In this document: positions 32,982 to 34,262 of the stretch, one piece after another | Layout of the letters: the number at the start of each line of letters is the position of its first letter | How positions within the stretch are numbered: position 1 is the stretch's first letter | IMG/VR virus record: IMGVR_UViG_3300014208_000025 | Coordinates: 244,967 to 279,228 of that record | DNA length: 34,262 bases | Reading direction: 5' to 3' (one strand) | Source of the DNA: a virus | Taxonomy: Duplodnaviria > Heunggongvirae > Uroviricota > Caudoviricetes | Notes under the pieces: generated by a model | What the model was told of the DNA's origin: nothing | What the model saw: only the letters and a program-made list of their open reading frames with translations | Databases searched by the model: none | Made by a program: the position numbers and the translations under genes

Positions 32982-33662
32982 TCAATAAAAAAGTGGCATT
33001 TGACCGGTGGAAAATGTGAGAAGTTCTTTACCAATCCAATTGACAATGCGGCTCCGTTTGAACTTCTTGAACCGATTCTTGTCCAAAGTGTCCAAACCTT
33101 GAATATAATCGGAATTCGCCGTGATGACCCGAACCTTGCGGTAAGTGAGCTTACCATTGTGTTTGCTGCTAGGATAATCAAATTCCACCTTCGGATTTTC
33201 CTCCACCCAACTTTTACGGGTTGGTTTCGGAGCCGGCCCTTTTTCCACAGTCAACCATTCACCATCTTCGCCCGTGTAATGAATGTCAAATTCTTTGGCC
33301 ATCATTTTCCGAACTTCACCGGAAATATCTTTCCACCCACAAGCAGTAAACTTGCCTGAAACGCAGTTGTAAATTGATGGAGCATTCCAACCCGTTTTAT
33401 TCCGGTGGTTGGGCAAGTCATCCAATTCAGCATAGTCACCAAGGAAGGCGATGGAATCACCGGCCCACGAACCGACCAACGGACTCTTGCTGTAAAAATC
33501 CCCTCCACCACGACCATTAGATGAGGCGAGAAGCATCACGAGGGCGGTTGACGTTGAACATTCCCAACCGACTTGTTCACGGAGTTTGAAGCCGTTACCA
33601 ATGCGATGAGGATGGATGAATTGTTTCTTGGTCAAATTGACGAGATAATGATATTGCCCCAT
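32982..33662 (-). CDS. phage protein with a C-terminal WYL-like domain
   Basis: N-terminal MGQYHYLVNLTKKQF..GSWAGD..GDY; C-terminal VEFDY..G..TYRKV...IQGLD...RFKKF..SRI. Confidence 0.65.
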   Translation of the reverse strand: MGQYHYLVNLTKKQFIHPHRIGNGFKLREQVGWECSTSTALVMLLASSNGRGGGDFYSKSPLVGSWAGDSIAFLGDYAELDDLPNHRNKTGWNAPSIYNCVSGKFTACGWKDISGEVRKMMAKEFDIHYTGEDGEWLTVEKGPAPKPTRKSWVEENPKVEFDYPSSKHNGKLTYRKVRVITANSDYIQGLDTLDKNRFKKFKRSRIVNWIGKELLTFSTGQMPLFY

Positions 33663-33674
33663 AAATTTGTTTTG

Positions 33675-33968
33675 TTATTTATTTTTTATGATGGGAAATT
33701 TGGTTTTGATAATGGTGAACCAACTGCGACTCAGACCCATTCCCATTGTGCCGTCGCCAAATTGAACGTCCCAAACGGTTTTATCGGGAACGAATTTCCC
33801 TAATGCAGTTTTCTTATCAAACCGGAATCGTTCAGGATGGCCAATCAAATCAAATTCAATTTCCGTTCCTTTGAGAAAAATTTCCGGCAAGCCCCATACA
33901 GGTTCACCTTGACGATTAAGCCGTTCAACGATCTCGACTTCACAATCACATTTGAATTTTACTTTCAT
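33675..33968 (-). CDS. hypothetical protein, leaderless; possible paralog of 21087-21284
   Basis: TTGACA-N16-TACCTT-N6-ATG. Confidence 0.7.
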   Translation of the reverse strand: MKVKFKCDCEVEIVERLNRQGEPVWGLPEIFLKGTEIEFDLIGHPERFRFDKKTALGKFVPDKTVWDVQFGDGTMGMGLSRSWFTIIKTKFPIIKNK

Positions 33969-33998
33969 ATTGTCAAGGTAACATAATTGATTGTTTTG

Positions 33999-34205
33999 TC
34001 AAATGATTTTTTTTCGAGATTTCTCAATGGAGAATAACTTGAAGACATCCTTCCACTTTTTCCGGCACGAAAGACATTCAACGCCCTTCGTAAACGTTTT
34101 GTCATCCGTCATGATGCCAACTTCAGAGGCCATGAAAGTTGAATCACAAAACGGGCAGTTTTGGGGATTGTTGAGATACTTGGCGGTAATATTTGAATTG
34201 AACAT
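33999..34205 (-). CDS. Zn-ribbon protein
   Basis: CPFC..CLSC..W. Confidence 0.7.
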   Translation of the reverse strand: MFNSNITAKYLNNPQNCPFCDSTFMASEVGIMTDDKTFTKGVECLSCRKKWKDVFKLFSIEKSRKKII

Positions 34206-34262
34206 AAGTTTATCTTTTCTTTAGACCGAGTTCTTTTCGGGCTTGTTTACGGGCGTCTTTCA

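Noticed and set aside
32715-33359. 214-aa plus-strand ORF and other long antisense ORFs (e.g. 8824-9180, 11612-11998, 23718-24164, 27416-27826)
   Set aside because: These are shadow frames opposite better-supported genes and have no promoter or motif.
1-34262. Alternative genetic code (stop-codon recoding)
   Set aside because: Recognisable genes are full length under code 11, and TAA, TAG and TGA all end genes at sensible boundaries.

Overview
This window looks like part of a large (jumbo-like) dsDNA phage genome read with the standard genetic code. A VPDSG-CTERM-type protein and the lack of Shine-Dalgarno motifs suggest a Verrucomicrobia/PVC host (inference). The left part (1-9.6 kb) holds a tmRNA gene with a 31-aa tag, a PKD-domain protein, a Mom-like GNAT protein, YopX, an Rnl1-like RNA ligase and an HNH endonuclease. 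The centre (~9.6-29.7 kb) is a divergent array of roughly 50 cassettes by eye. Each has its own TTGACA-N16-TAnnnT promoter and most fire directly into a leaderless ATG. Several promoters drive no ORF but short structured RNAs, some in repeated and mutually complementary pairs and one with a T-arm and 3' CCA. The right part has three tRNA or tRNA-like genes, two probable homing endonucleases and a ~370-nt structured non-coding region upstream of an initiator-like tRNA. All calls come from reading motifs by eye; no searches were run.
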